From assembly GCF_052425735.1 (NCBI RefSeq), contig NC_135770.1, positions 19,964,001 to 20,028,000 on the forward strand: DNA of 64,000 nt. Reading direction: 5' to 3'. The notes under the pieces are model-generated. The model was given only the letters and a program-made list of their open reading frames with translations, was not told the DNA's origin and made no database searches. Shown piece after piece: positions 1 through 13,859 of the stretch; the first letter of the stretch is position 1, and every line of letters starts with the position of its first letter. The stretch is from Oculina patagonica. Its lineage: Eukaryota. A program made the position numbers and the translations under genes.

Positions 1-71
1 GTAAAAAGATAAATAAAATTGTAAAAATCTATGCTAATTAAGATTGGATATCCAAACCTCCTTCACAGTTA

Positions 72-104
<33 letters not shown>

Positions 105-622
105 GAAGTTAAAAACTCAAGTGGAAGTAGAGTGAAACAAGTGGTTTCAATGCAAGGTTGGACATTTATGTTAAAACCATAACTAGGGTCTAATGCAGCT
201 GCCCCTCTGCTCCTATTCATGAGTATTAGCCGATTGACACCTGGAGTATTTTGGAATGAAAACGACACATTTTTGAGACATTTTTGGCCTTTTCTGGTCA
301 GTTACCAGCTGAATTAGATCCAAGCTACTCAAAATGGCATTTGCAACGATGAAAGCATGCCTTTCTGTACATTAGCATTGTTTTATTACGTGCACAAATC
401 CAATCAAATCAAGTTGGAGCAGAAATAATTCCTACATGTAGTGTCCTCATGTTGAGGAAACCAGCGGAATTAAGTGCTGACCTGGTAACCAGCCCAGGCT
501 TAAAATCAGACTAAAAGATTCTTTATATGCATATATTTTTTAGTCAAGTACTGCATCCTTGTCAACATCTCCTGCACCACAGCCAGTTATACAGAGTAAG
601 TTATGATTTTGTTTACTTACGT

Positions 623-815
623 CAGGGCTCGAAAAAAACTTGAATTCCAATTTGCCCATAGGGCAAGTAACTCTCAAACTTTGCTTGCCCGGGCACTTTC
701 CCCCTTGCCCATGCTCTCAAACCTATTAATAATTCATGAAATTAAGTTAATTGATGGTTTGGCAGGGCCCTCGCCCGTCGGGCAAGTCAGCATGAAAAGT
801 CACTTGCCCGGCAGG

Positions 816-850
<35 letters not shown>

Positions 851-863
851 TTGGTGAGCCCTG
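623..863. mobile_element. MITE with CAGGGCTC termini
   Basis: cagggctc...gagccctg TIR, flanked by ttacgt on both sides (6-bp TSD). Internal cttgccc/gggcaag motifs. A diverged second copy lies at ~2099-2843. Confidence 0.75.
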
Positions 864-1324
864 TTACGTGTAGGCCTTTTGATGTCACATGGTGCATACT
901 ACCATTTTCAAGCTATCGTGAACTGCTTACTTTTTTCTGGGTTTTTTCACATTATAAAACATTCAAGTTTGTCTAGACAAACTGTTGCATTTTACAAGTA
1001 AACCAATTGATTTAAAAAATCCCCCCCCCCCCACCCCCCATTCATGGTAGCTCGAAAATGGAAGTAATGATTATAAGTATTCTGGTTGCTTCAAATCAAA
1101 TAAATTTTTTTGGCATTATTATTATGCTTCATAAGGGTATACTGAGTCATGGATTTAGCTACATGTGTATACTGAAGATATTCCCTTGTGTACTATTGAT
1201 CCCAGATGTCTGTTGTAATGAGTTTTTTCAAGTCAATATTCTACACACCATGGTTTTGGTCGTAGATTCAAAAACGGATCATTTGATCACAAAACATTTC
1301 TCATCAATAATGTGACTATCAAAT

Positions 1325-1641
1325 TCATACTAGTTGTGCAACGCTTTCGAGTGGTATACTATGGAATATCCCACGAGTCACTTGTATTTTCTCGGTATAC
1401 ACACGAGTCTTTAGGCGAGTGTGTATGCCAAGAAAATACAAGTGACAAGTGGGATATTCCATAGTATACCCCGAGAAAGTGTTGTGTAATATTTTATACC
1501 ATGCCATAGAAAATACGCTTACTAAATTTCGTCGAGAATACAGTCGCAGCGCACTATGGGAAGGTTGGGTTGAATACCGTCGAATATACAACGGCTTTCC
1601 TGTATTCTGATTGGCTGTATTTTCTATGGCATGGTATAAAT
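1325..1641. mobile_element. Double-hairpin non-autonomous element
   Basis: Long hairpin ~1340-1480 followed by a second inverted pair (ataccatgccatagaaaatac / gtattttctatggcatggtat), with ctgattggct near the end. Confidence 0.65.
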
Positions 1642-1844
1642 CATGGTATGATCACTTGTTTTGAATCAACCAATGAGACCAACATTGTGTGAAATGGGGG
1701 AAATCCATTTCAAAAAACATCTGGGAACAATAGTTGGCTGCAATCCTATTTGTTTACTGCTCTCTAAAAGTACACTGCAGTGACTTTACACTAACTCAGA
1801 CTTGGAGCTGACTGAATTATTGTCATTGTTGTTGTCTTTGACAG

Positions 1845-4800
1845 GTGTGCCTCATGCCCCTCCCGTGCCAGCAGCGCCACCTGCTCCACCTGCTCCTCCA
1901 GCCCCTCCTGCCCCACCCGCTCCACCGGCAGCACCCCCTGTCCCAGGAGTAGGAGGACCCCCTGCACCTCCTCCACCCCCTCCGGCACCGTCACCAGGTG
2001 GGGGCGGTGGGACATTAGCTGATCAGATAGCCGCAGCAAAATTAAAGAAGGCAGCTAAGGTAAGGGTGACCAGAAATTAGCAAGTACAGGTAACAGGACA
2101 GGGTCTGAAGAAACTTAAGTTCCAGCTTGCCCCTCTGATAAGCAACCCTCAAATAATACTTGCCTGGGGTAGTTGTATACTGTAAATGATCTAATAAACG
2201 CCCACTCTCAAATAAACGCCCCATATCTAATAAACGCCTCCCCCGAAGTGTAAAGTTTGTATTAGACGCCCCTCTCCAGTAAACGCCCCATGTCTAATAG
2301 ATGCCCTGTGTCTAATAGACGCCCCCCTCCAAGAATCATCTCAAAAACCAAGGAAATGCTCCATAGAGTAAAATCGCACAATAAAGTTAGTTTTTTGCTT
2401 GACTTGGACACCAAAGAGGCCAACAAGGCCAACATGGTTGACCCCGATGACGATAAAAACGTCGATATAGAACTATGAATGGCATCTCTGGCTTTGCATT
2501 AGCGCAGATTAGATTAGTCTCCTACTCACCAACTCTTACTCCACGAGAAAACTACCCATCCTATTTGTTTTGTTGACGTTGTTACTGTTAAATTGAAATA
2601 AACGCCTCATATCTATTTAACGCCTCCCCTACGACCCCAAAAAATTAAAAGACGCCCCGGGCGGATATTAGATCATTTATGATACTTGTGATTGTTAATT
2701 TTTTATGATTTAGTCACCAGATAACTTGCCTGGGCCCCAATGCCTTGCCCTTTGGGCAAGTGAGAATAAAAGAATAAAAAGTTACTTGCCCAGCAAGAAA
2801 ACTACTTGCCCTGGATAACCAGAAGGAACTCTTTTGAACCTCAACTTACAGTACTTCTGATCATCAAAATGTTGCGTTGTGCAGGAAAAGAAACTGAAAT
2901 GGAAAACAAGGAACCTTAACTAGTGAAATCAAAAGCTTGATACATGTCACATGTACAACTGTTGTATGTTTTGTTTTTGTGTTTTGTTTTTCATTTAAAA
3001 CCTTGTTTTTCAGGCTGAAAATGAAGGTCCCAGAACTGACAGAGCAAATTCAGCAAGTCGTGGTGGTGGGAAGGCCATTGGGGGTGGAATGGACATGATG
3101 GCAGAAATGCAAAGAAAGCTTGCGGCAAGGTGTGTTGGTAAAAGTAAAGTCTGCATTGAGCCTAAGAATGAAGCAACTAGGGGTATTTTTTCTTCCTCCT
3201 GGATGGGATAATAATCCAACTAGTATCCCTGCGATGGGGTAACCCTGCGATGGTAAGTCCATCGCAGGGTTACCCCTCAGCATTAGTTCACTGGTACCTA
3301 TTATACACTTGATTGGACAGAGGCACTCTCAGAGTAAGAACACAACACAATGATTTCTGTTGGGGGAGCAGGAATAGCGCAGTGGTGAGAGCGCTTGCCT
3401 CCCACCAATGTGGCCCGGGTTCGATTCCCGGCCCGGTGTCATATGTGGGTTGAGTTTGTTGTTAGTTCTCGTCCTTGCTCCAAGGGTTTTTCTCCGGGTT
3501 CTCCGGTTTTCCTCCCTCCACAAAAACCAACACTTCTAAATTCCACTTCGATTGGGAATACACAGCCCTACAAGCTTATAGCTTTAATTCTTGCTGTGTC
3601 TAAATAAAAGTACACGTAATGTATTTTAACCTGGCCTGCTTGATCCCGAGTCCAGCATGCTAACCATTTGGTCACCATGCCTCCCACTGTGTGTCGGCAC
3701 ATCTAACCAATACAACAACACTCACATAGTTATCCAAGTTGGGATGATCACTTAAATTTGATTGTTTTGACCTTGTCTCGTTCAATGTTTATATTGGTTA
3801 GAAAAGTGGTAAAAGTTCATAAGGCATGTGAGCATGATTCCCTTCACTTCCATTGATGTCAAATGGCAAACAGCAGACAGAAAAATGAGAAATTTTTGCT
3901 GTTGGGTGGACAAAATAAATGCTCTTTACATTCACATTTGTTTGTTTTTTGTTAAATACAAAAGTGCCTACTGTAATGCTGTTTGTTATTGCTTCTTACA
4001 CTGTACAAGTTATCATAACGAAATTAATATAATTATGTTTACTTCCCTTTTTTAGAAAAGCTAAAGAAGAGGGCAGAGAAGTGGAGGTGAGACTGTCATT
4101 ATTTTTTAACCCTTTAAGCCCCGAGGCGACTGGTCTTTTTCTTAAATCAATAAATATTAACCAGATATCTATGTATGATACGGTCCATTTGAAAGTTATT
4201 GATCAGAATAATTTATAAAACATGTCAACAAATAGTAAGAAAGTTACGGTCTTGAAAGAAATGGCTTTAAAACATAAAAATAAAAAGGTTTAAAAATGTG
4301 TGTATCTCTGTATACAAGTGGCCCCCGTTTTATGAGGTCCAAATAGGCGTAGAAATTTCTGTAGAGCTGTACGCTTCTACACATTCCATGATTCCTAATC
4401 CATAAGTGGGTAGCTCTGGAAATCATGAGTTTAAAATAGGAGTTAAAAATGAAACGTAGAGCCGTTGAAGCGTAGATTTTAAAATGAGAATGTAGAGCCG
4501 TACAAGCGTAGAGTTTAGAATGAAAATGTAGAGCCGTACAAGCGTAGAGTTTAGAATGAAAACGGAGAGCCGTAGAACCGTAGAGTTTAGAATGAACTGA
4601 AAACGTAGAGCCGTAGAAGGGTAGAGTTAAGTACATTATTAACAATTAGACGGCAAGCTCGAGGTCCGGCTGATAGTTGCGAGGGGCGAAGCCCCGAGCA
4701 ACTATCAAAAGCCGGTAGAAACCGAGAGCGAGCCGTCTAATGTGTTAGCATAACCCACTGACCGATCTATTAAACACAAAATATAGCTAGAGTTAATTAT

Positions 4801-7800
4801 TGAATGTTTTGATTGATAAAATTCAGCGAAGACTAAGCGCGCGCTCCGAGAGCCTTCTACGGATCAATAGTAGGCACCTGTGTAGCCAATCAGATTGCGC
4901 GATTACCAATAGTAGGTCAGTGTGGTTATGCTAATAGCGTATAGTACACTTCTACAAGCGTACTTCTGTATGTCAGTGTTCATTCTAAACTCTACGCTTC
5001 TACGACTCTTGAAAGCATAGAGCTGTAGAAGCGTAGAGTATAAAGTACACAGCGTAAGGACACTTCAACAAACCTGCGTGTTCATTTTAAACTATACGCT
5101 CTACGGCTATACGTTTTCTAAACGGTGCGCTTATTATTATACAACGTTATACAGCTCTACGTTCTCGTTCTAAACTGTACGCTTTTACGGTCCTACGTTT
5201 TACTTTTTAATTGTACGCTCTAAGGCTCTACGTTTTTAATCTTAAGTATATGCTTTTACGAGTCTACTTTTTTATTGTAAAGGATATGCTTCTGCGGTTC
5301 AAGTCGTTTTTATTCTAAACTGTACGCTTTTACAGCACTTCATTTTATATTGACGATAAAACGAAGTTATTTGGCAATAAACACAAGGTTTGAGAACGGG
5401 CAAAATTAATTTTCATTTGTATTACACAAGGACGAGTTAAGAATGAAAATGTAGAGCCGTAGAAGCGCACAGTTTAGAATGAAAACGTAGAGCCGTAGAA
5501 GCGTAAAGTGAGAATGAAAACGTAAAGCCGTAGAAGTGTGCAGTTTAAAATGAAAACGTTGAGCTGTAGAACCGTAGAATTTAGATGAAAAGTTGGGCTG
5601 TAGAAGCAGAGTTAGAATGGAAAAATAGAGCGTAGAACAGTTTAGATAAAAACGTGAGCGTAGAAGTAGAGTAGAAGAAAGAGAGGAGAAGGTAGAAGGA
5701 AGTAGAGCCGTAGAAGGTAGAGTAGAGTAGAGCGAGAGAAGGAGAACGTAGAGCGAGAAGGAGAGAAAGAACGTAGAGCGGAAAGAGAGAAAACGAGAGC
5801 CGAGAAGAGAGTTTAGAATGAAAACGTATAGCCGTAGAGTTTAGAATGAAAACGTTAGGTTGTAGAAGCGTACAGTTTAGAAGAAGCGTAGAGCCGTAGA
5901 AGCGTAGAGTTTTATATAATGAAGAGTAGGGCCGTAGAAGCGTGGAGTTTAGAATAAAAAGTTGAGCCGTAGAAGTGTAAGTTTAGAAGAGTAGGCGTGG
6001 GTGTAGAGTTTAATAGAATGAAAAGTAAAGTCGTAGAAGGTAGAGTTTAGAATGAAAACGTGAGCCGAGAAGCGTAGAGTTTAGAATGAAAACGTAGAGC
6101 TTTGAAGTGAAGAGTTTAGAAAGAAAAGTGAAGCATTGATAACGAAAAGTTTAGAATGAAAACGCCTGACTGTACCAATCTACGGCTATACGCATTTTCA
6201 ACAGCACTGTCTTATCTGTGAGAACTGTACAAGTAGAAGCGTAGAGCTCTACGAAAATCTCTACGCCTATTCGGACCTCATAAAACGTGCCGGGTATATC
6301 TGTATATAGTAGGTATACCCCTAAACTATAGCTTATTGTGCAGCTCTCAGGGTCCCAAGCTTAGCTTAGGTAGTCAGATCTTTTTTTGAGCTCTTTATTA
6401 CTATACCAGCACACTACATACAAATTATACAGTTACTTACACCTCTGACAATAAGTTACACTACATTACGAAACATATTTTAATTATATTGCATATATTT
6501 ACTTACTTACAAAAGATAGATAGATCAATTGACAGACAAACAGATATCTAGCAAGATGGCTAGACAGACAGACAGATATTAGGTAGAAAGACAGACAGAT
6601 ACTAGGCAGACAGACAGACAGAAAGACAGACACATGAGTCTTGATTGTTTTTAAAGATTCCAGCTTGTGGGGTCATGTAATATTTCAATACCTTGTGTAG
6701 AAACATTGACCTTATTTAGTTGCTTTTAATTAAATAATTATTATTTAATTAAAAACAACTAAATAAGGTCAATGTTTCTACACAAGGTTCATTGTAAATA
6801 TTATTTATATTACATAGTAATATTATATTGATTATCAAATTTTTCCTGTCCTCCCTTTTTCTTGTTTCAATGTCGAGTCCCAAGACAGTAATTAAATTGA
6901 CATTTTTATCTGCAGCCTGTCAGAGAAGAAGTCGAAACAAGAACAGAAAGAGCACCATCTGGTAAGTAATACCGTTGCTTGCATCTAAGCGTGAACACGT
7001 GCCGCCGAAACATGATCTAATTGGGTATCAAACGTGGCATGATTGGTCATCAAACGTTTGAAGTTTAGCAGACCATAACGGCAACTTTAGCGCCGAAACT
7101 TCAACACTTTCCGGTTTCAAAACAGTTGAAATGGCGGAAAGATTGGATATCCAGACTTTCTTCGACAAATTGATCCTGATCTGTGTCGATATGCATTTGC
7201 AGGTTCACTTGAATCACTTCTGGTGCAAAGTTTCACCTGTTCTCAGTGTTTATGGTGAGCATTTTGAGCGTGAAAGTTGCCGTTACGGTCTGCTAAACTT
7301 TAATGTTTCATGACGAAACATGCCATGTTTGATACCCAATTAGATCATGTTTTGGCGGGTCGTGTTCACGCTTAGATGCAAACGGCGGTATTCTTTTTGT
7401 TATCTTTGTACCTTCCTTGTAACTATGGTTTCACCAGATCCCTTTGGCCAATCACGGCAGATTAAAGAACAGCCAATCAGAGGCTATTAAAGAAAATCAG
7501 GGGAAAAATTAATATGTGGGGGCGGGGAGGATGGAAAACGATCTGAAAACAGTGTTTAGAAACAGTGTTTAGAACACAACCTTTAAGATGATTTCCAGTC
7601 CGTACTGCGCAGACTCAGGGTTTGTTTTCATTTTTGTTTTGAATTCGTTGAAACGGTACACTTCGGTGATAGCGTACATGAAGTTTTTTTTTAGTTCGCC
7701 ATTACGGATCGTTTCGTTGAAGAATTCACGATGAGCTAAAACGTCCGTTTGAAATACCGTCGAGCTTCTTTTACTCCTTATTATTGTTTTGCAAGGATAT

Positions 7801-10759
7801 CTGGCGTTAATAATGAAGAAAAAGGTAAGTTTTGTCCCGGAATTTTTATTTTTGCTAGTAAACATTCTTCTGTTTGTGAGACTCACAAACATTGCAGGCG
7901 GAGATTGTGCAGTACGGACTGGAAATCATCTTTAAAAGTAGAGAAAAAAGAAAAAAGTACATCAGGCCATCTTGGTTTCTGCATTAAGAAGCTACTTCAT
8001 GTACATGTGGGAGTATTTTTTCACTCCTATGCTAGTCCCCCCCCCCCCCCTCACATACACACACCAAGAGAGAGACTGTGGAAAGGAAAAATATCTTACC
8101 CAAGAAGACAACACAGTGGAACTCAGGTCACTTAACCCTAACCATTAGGCTGCTGCTCCTCCCCAAGAAATCACACTTTGATAATTAAAAATATGTCAAG
8201 GTTTCTTGTTCCAACTTTACACCCGCTTTCAGTGTTGCCTGTATAGTGACTTCCTGTCGACGTGCATATTATTTTGATGTGCTAAACATAAAAAGACTGT
8301 TCGAAATCTGCCAATCACAGCCCACTAGTACGACCTCCTGAATTTGCGCTCTCATTTGCCCGAAAATAACATCGGTATTCATTGGTTGTAGAAATATAAC
8401 TGTGCATGTAACACTGAAAGTGGGTGAAACTAGATTATATGAAATTGATTTAGCGTATGTTTTTGTGGATCTCCTTACAGCATCTCGCTCAAATGTTAGC
8501 AACCCTCCACCTGCCCCTGCGTTTGGAAACAACAATGTCAAGACAAACTTCCTGTCAACAGCAAAACCAACAAGTAATGGCGGTATCAGGTAACTCAAGA
8601 CAAACTTTTCAAGTCAAGTCATTTTATTGTCAGCTGTTTGAAATCAGAGCTTGCCATATCATAAGCTTCTCTATTGCTAGCTGCGGACTTTGCTTTCATT
8701 GCACGTTTTGTGCAATCTTCGATATTTTTAAGCAGATCTTCTTTTTATGGACTAAAACTGCAAAACAGTGTAGTCAGTGTAATTCACAGCCTTACAAAAA
8801 TCTCACTTCAGCAACAATATGCAAAGGAAAATACCGGTATTTAACGATTGCTTGGTTACGGACATTGTTCTGTTTGTCCAGCGTTTGATGTTACTTTTGA
8901 CATCTATCTTCTTTTCAAGTTTACTTTTATACGACCCTGAAAGCTTGAAGCTTAAATCTTCGCTTCAATGTTTAGATCTTTGTTTTTCTTTGGTAATCGT
9001 CGTGTCTTCGATTTCTTTGAAAATACCCATAGCGGGGCTACAATCATTGATTTGTGTTAGCTCCAGGAGACAACAGTCACTGTGGTGATCATGTCTGTTT
9101 ACTTTTTTTGCAGGAAAAACAGCAAGAGTGAAACAACTTTAAGCAATGATCAGCTTGAAGAATTAAAATTGGTAAGGCCATCCATCTTTTAATGCAGTGT
9201 AGCTGCTGCACTCTGTTTCTTGAGGTCATTTTATAGAAAGATGTTTTTCATGTGCAGCAAATTTTGCGTTATGTGATTTATCCCCTTTCCCATTTCCCTG
9301 AAAGAAGCAATAAATATATATTAGGTATTCATGACTGCCTGGCCTTCCTACTTTGAGTGGGTAAACAGATAGATGGACATACAGACGGATTTAAACAGAC
9401 AAATGGCTCAGTTGGTAGAGCACTGGTAAGGATCTACCGGTAGTCCTGAAGTCATAGATTTGAATGCATACCTAGGTCAAAAAATTCTTTGCCTCTGTGG
9501 TCCCTAATTCCCTTTCTGGGGTAAATGCACAGAAGAAAATTCCTGGGCTACATAGGTAATGGTCAAGTCTTTATACGAGCCTAGTGGCTCATCACGCTGG
9601 AGCTTATCCCAGTTTCTATAGCATGAAGCGACTAGGGGTATTTCTACACCCCCTGGATGGTATGCTAGTCCATTGTAGGGTTATCCCCAGCAGTAAAAAA
9701 TTTGCCGGTACTCATTTATACACCTGGTGAAGAGAGGCACTATGAAAATACCGGTAAAGTGTCTTACCCTAATTGTTTTCCAGCTTCTTATATAAGTGCT
9801 GTTTGGTGCAACATTGCATTTGCAATAGTTATTGTACTCTGAAAATCATGTTATCCTTGCCACAATTTACCACCTATGAATATTACCTATAACAACCTTC
9901 TCCCATGGCCTTGTAGCTCAGTTGGTAGAGCAAGGGTTGCCAAAATTGTTGCTTCAAATCCCACTAAGGTCAAAGAATTTTTTTTTTGCCTCCCCTGGTC
10001 CCCGACTTTCTGTCCAGGTGTCTAGGGTTAACAATTCTCTAACAAGCTGTTTTCGTATCCAGGAATTACTTGCTGAATTTAGACAAGAACTGGATGCTGC
10101 CAAAAGGGAAATAATTGAAGGTAAGTTTGCATGGAAAAACTGACAAGAGATTTGCAACAGAAAAATGCTGATTGCAGTGGGAAAGGCTTTATCCTCCCCC
10201 CCCCTGCCTGGCCCGCCTCTCCCTTCTTTACTCCCCTTTTGTACGTTTTTTTGTACATGTAATAAGCTTAAGTGCAAAAGATACGAATGAGATTCATGCA
10301 ATTCACTGTTTACCTTTGTTCTGCGTCATCACTGTGCCTTGTCAAGGCACCTTAACCCTGCATGCTGACTTTCTCTCCCCATTATCCAGGCATACAATAA
10401 AAACCCGTGAGTAAGTCCTATATTAAGACTTAGGTAAATTTTCTATTTTTTTATTTTTTTTAAATTTTTTCTAATTATTTTTTTTTAGAAAAAAAAAAAA
10501 ATTTGACCCAAAAAAAAAATAGAAAAAAAAGGAACAAAAATAAAATTTTTTTTAAAAAAAAAAAAAAAAAATGTGAAACATATAAAGAGAAAAAAAAAAA
10601 AAAAGGGGTAGTAGCATTTTTTTCTCACAGGACTTGTAATTAAGCATCATTTTATTTTGTTTTTCATGCCACAAGTTAAGAGGCTTTTTGTGGTTCTTAT
10701 GCAACTCTTTCATTTCTTTTCTTGCAGCTGTGAGACAAGAAATCTCCCGACTTCGGTGA
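1845..10759 (+). CDS. Ena/VASP: Ena/VASP-family actin regulator, 3' part (8 coding exons; EVH1-encoding 5' exons not found in this window)
   Basis: Exons 1845-2059, 3014-3129, 4056-4086, 6916-6961, 8481-8589, 9114-9171, 10063-10120 and 10728-10759 have AG/GT boundaries with compatible phases. They join to poly-Pro ...GGTLADQIAAAKLKKAAK (G-actin binding), GGGMDMMAEMQRKLAARKAKEE (F-actin binding) and NDQLEELKLELLAEFRQELDAAKREIIEAVRQEISRLR* (VASP tetramerisation coil), which is EVH2 architecture. Confidence 0.92.
2180..2682. mobile_element. Tc1/mariner-type MITE nested in a CAGGG-family MITE (2099-2843)
   Basis: TIR ctgtaaatgatctaataaacgcc / ggcggatattagatcatttatga, TA flanks, repeated taaacgcc subterminal motifs. 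Confidence 0.7.
3362..3610 (+). mobile_element. tRNA-derived SINE (family B) inserted into an antisense family-A SINE (~3145-3357 and ~3628-3690)
   Basis: A/B-box head (gcgcagtggtgagagcg...ggttcgattcc), central tctccgggttctccggttttcctccc domain, aataaa tail. A second copy is at ~60973. Confidence 0.8.
4326..6287. repeat. TIR-bounded element filled with a 36-bp minisatellite in alternating orientation (intronic)
   Basis: ~55-bp TIR (cgttttatgaggtccaaataggcgtaga... / ...tctacgcctattcggacctcataaaacg). Unit gtagagccgtagaagcgtagagtttagaatgaaaac runs forward at ~4450-4630 and ~5440-6165, reverse at ~4950-5340. Confidence 0.85.
4637..4935. mobile_element. Double-hairpin element nested in the minisatellite element
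   Basis: Hairpin ttagacggc...gccgtctaa, then ttagcataacccactgacc...ggtcagtgtggttatgctaa. Contains agccaatcag. Confidence 0.65.
6515..6632 (+). repeat. Degenerate (GACA/GATA)n microsatellite
   Basis: Visible gacagacagaca and gatagata runs. Confidence 0.8.
6972..7388. mobile_element. Fold-back MITE with TA flanks, 10 nt from a splice donor
   Basis: Long TIRs tgcatctaagcgtgaacacg...catgatctaattgggtatcaaac, mirrored at 7320-7388. Confidence 0.8.
7585..7931. mobile_element. MITE with TTAA-like flanks (Kolobok-like)
   Basis: agatgatttccagtccgtactgc / gcagtacggactggaaatcatct TIR flanked by ttta and ttaa. Confidence 0.7.
9560..9770 (-). mobile_element. Family-A SINE fragment; separate tRNA-like SINE heads at ~9403 and ~9906
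   Basis: Aligns by eye to the complete SINE at 14035-14326. Confidence 0.7.
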
Positions 10760-11536
10760 ACTACCACCACACCTCTCATAAGATGTAATTGAATTAAGAG
10801 GTGAACCTCTGATTAATGGAATGGAATAAGATGCTTTTTCCTTGGCTGAGATCATAAAAAAATGTCGAAAAAAACTGTGAGCACACTCCAGACAGTCGAC
10901 TTCTTCTAAAGTAGAATTTTTACTTCGTAATTGAAATATCTGACATAATTTTTGGGGTGTACTGAAGCCCCTTGTAATAAAGGACAATTAAAACAATAGA
11001 AGTGCCTTACTAGACGCTTAAATAAAAAAAATATGTATGTTAATACATCAAGGTGATTTAACCTTAGATTACGCAGGACATGTAGAGTGAAAAACTAATA
11101 AATTCCTTTATATAGATTTATGCAAGGTTCAGGATTGTTAGATTTTCTCCACATTTTAAGTGTGGGGTGCAAGACTTATTTTTATGCATTTGAACCCCAA
11201 ATAATGTGATGGAAAACTGTTGAATATTTCCTCTCCTAGTTGAAATTCATTAATGGTCAACTTGGAGCATAATTAGGGGCCCCAATATTTTCTCAGTGGT
11301 TTGAAGACACTTACACAGTATTTCAAACAAAATTAATTTGCATGTGAATAGCTGCTACAGATACCATTCATTCCCTGTTAGGAAGTGTTAGCATCAGTAA
11401 AAAGGTTGGTCTGTTGTATTTGAGCAAGTCAGTCATACATTACTACATGGAATATTGCCATACCACAGTGATCGTGCAGGTTCTAAAAGGTGATTAATGT
11501 AAAAAATGGAGTTTACAGGGTTACTTTCCTGAGTTA

Positions 11537-11788
11537 ACAGGGACCTTCAAATCAAAGTACAAGTACAACGGATTGAGTACAATTTACTATAAATACAACT
11601 TTTCAAACCTACTGCTTATACTTATGATTATCACATTTCACACCCGGTCTTGTACAGATAGTCTCCTTATTCAACTGGTCAGCAACAGGGAGGAGTCAGG
11701 GCTCTTGGAATGAAACTGGATATAAATTCAGAAGTCATACTCATACCCAATTTCGTACTTATACTCTGACTCTGATGTGAAGGTCCCT
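11537..11788. mobile_element. Degenerate MITE
   Basis: agggaccttca / tgaaggtccct TIR with gagtac/gtactc subterminal motifs. Confidence 0.55.
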
Positions 11789-12420
11789 AATCTACTTGTG
11801 GATGGAGACCGTTATCGTACTTTGTTGCTTTTACATTGTATGAAACACTTACTGCTCCTCTGGTTTCCAAGAAGATTGTGGCTCTGACAAATTCTCATTC
11901 ATTTGTTACTTTTTCGTACTAGAAACCTTTTTCAGTCTAGCCTTTTTCCTGATCTCTGCTATCTAGTAGGAAATTAATTTTTGTTATGTATGGTAAAACC
12001 TTTGTTGAGATTTGATTATAATGTAAGATAATTAATTGAGTTAATTTCATTGTTTGGGCAATGAGAATGTTATTTTTGATTTATTTTCCTACTAACACTA
12101 TTCTAGATACGATTACCATAACTACCTTTTTTTGTTCTAGTTTACCAAAACTACCTACAATACTTAATATTGTTCTAGTTTACAAGTTGTAATGGAATGC
12201 CTCCCTGTATCAACCTGCAAATTCTCCCCACTGGTCTCCATACATTTACATTGTACTAGCTGGGAGAATTTGAGTTATCATCTTAACATGTACATCCCTG
12301 TGGTGATCAGTTGCTCTATTCTTCCTACCTACATATCTGATTTTGTATTCAACTGAAAATTTGAGAACTGAGGAGAAATATTCTCTTTGAAGGGCAGTCT
12401 TTTCTTTACATCTTGTATTT

Positions 12421-12765
12421 GGGCTGGTTTTTACTTAGTGACAGAGTCGGAGTCAAACACAAAATGTATTAGGATCTAGAAAAAATAAAGCCGAAGGAGT
12501 CTAAAGGGGTATTCCATTTCCATTGATCTTGTGAAAACTAGATTCTGCTTGGGACTCTAACAATCTAGTTTTTACTGGATCATAAGCGATGGAGTCATAA
12601 GCAGAATCAGAGGAAAATTGAAACATTCTGATTCTATCGACTCAGATTGCTCAAGCATATGACTCTGCTTACGACTCGGATTTTCAATTTTCTCTTAGTC
12701 GTAAGTGCCCTTATGACTTTGATTATGATTCCTACTCTGACTTTGTCGCTAGTGAAAACCAGCCT
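12421..12765. mobile_element. Degenerate MITE (PIF/Harbinger-like)
   Basis: ggctggttttt...agtgacagagtc / gactttgtcgctagtgaaaaccagcc TIR. Confidence 0.6.
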
Positions 12766-13859
12766 TTAGAAATTTGCATAAAAAAATCTTTGTTTCCATA
12801 ATTTTAATGCAGTTCTTGTTGGTAATTTTCCCCGTGGTGATCATATCCCTCATTCCTGTGATCACATGCCTAACTGGTAGCTTTGTTTTTATGTCTTATG
12901 AGAACTTGGCTACTGAACAACCCAAGGGCTTTGGGTTACAGAGGTACTATAATACTCTAAGGTATATGTAATTATTTTTTGTTCAACAAAACAACAGTGT
13001 TCTTTTTGTATTTGTAGTTAATATTCATAATCTTGTGGGAATGAATCATACCCAGACAAAAATAAATTGTTTCAAGCAAACATTGAGATTCATTTATTTT
13101 ATTTTCACAAGCTAGTGTAGTCCAGTTTTGAGCATGGTGTTGTATGACAGTGTAGCGTAACATTGCGTGACAGTATGAACTTAATTCAACTTGCAAAGTT
13201 GCCAAACATCAACCTTTCTCAGTCTCTGGTAATTATTGCTTTTTTAGATGTAACAGTAAGTCAATGATCTCCAGAAGATTTTGAGATTGTGGGAGTTAAA
13301 AAAATATGACATTAAGACAGTAAAATGTGATCTGAAGCCCTTTTAAAAGTAAATGTTTTGGAAAACCTTTCACGTGCATTGCACACTACAATCCACCTTT
13401 CAAGAAACATTTTTAAAAAGTAAAATCTACATGTTAACTCTAATCAAAGGTATGGACAAGGTTACCCATGAAGTTTTGTTCTTCCCCACCCCTAGTCAAT
13501 GTTGATTTACTCAAGGTCGTACTGCGAGGTTGACAGCATTTTACAAAATAACAATATCACGTTCACAGGATTGATAGTCCAAAGTACTCCCTTCCTATCT
13601 CAATCCCAACCTTGTTCCCTGGGTCTCTCTCTCTCCCCACGCCCAAGAGCTAGAGATCTTGTGGGTGGGGAGAGAGACCCTGGGAACGAGGTTGCCTCAA
13701 TCCAACTCAAAGTTTCCCCATGTTAACCCCTGGGGTAACTTATAATAATAATGATATTATTTTAAACAGGGGGTCCATTTCACCGCAGTGCTTTTCAATG
13801 GAGCCCTGTATAAAATAAATAAAAAATATATCTGACATATATACTTGATTATTATTCAA

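Noticed and set aside
1802-2080. ORF-track proteins at 1802, 8402 and 9922 as standalone genes
   Set aside because: They are Ena/VASP exons extended into intron sequence from non-ATG starts.
3362-3435. tRNA-like sequences (also ~9403, ~9906, ~14260-14326, ~60973)
   Set aside because: They have A/B boxes but continue into SINE bodies, and I see no complete cloverleaf. They are SINE heads, not tRNA genes.
4450-6165. 36-bp periodic repeats (and 56798-56925) as a possible CRISPR array
   Set aside because: Head-to-tail units with no unique spacers, no cas genes, and a eukaryotic context.
10435-10610. A/T homopolymer block before the last Ena/VASP exon
   Set aside because: Low complexity and possibly poor consensus; no structure I can support.
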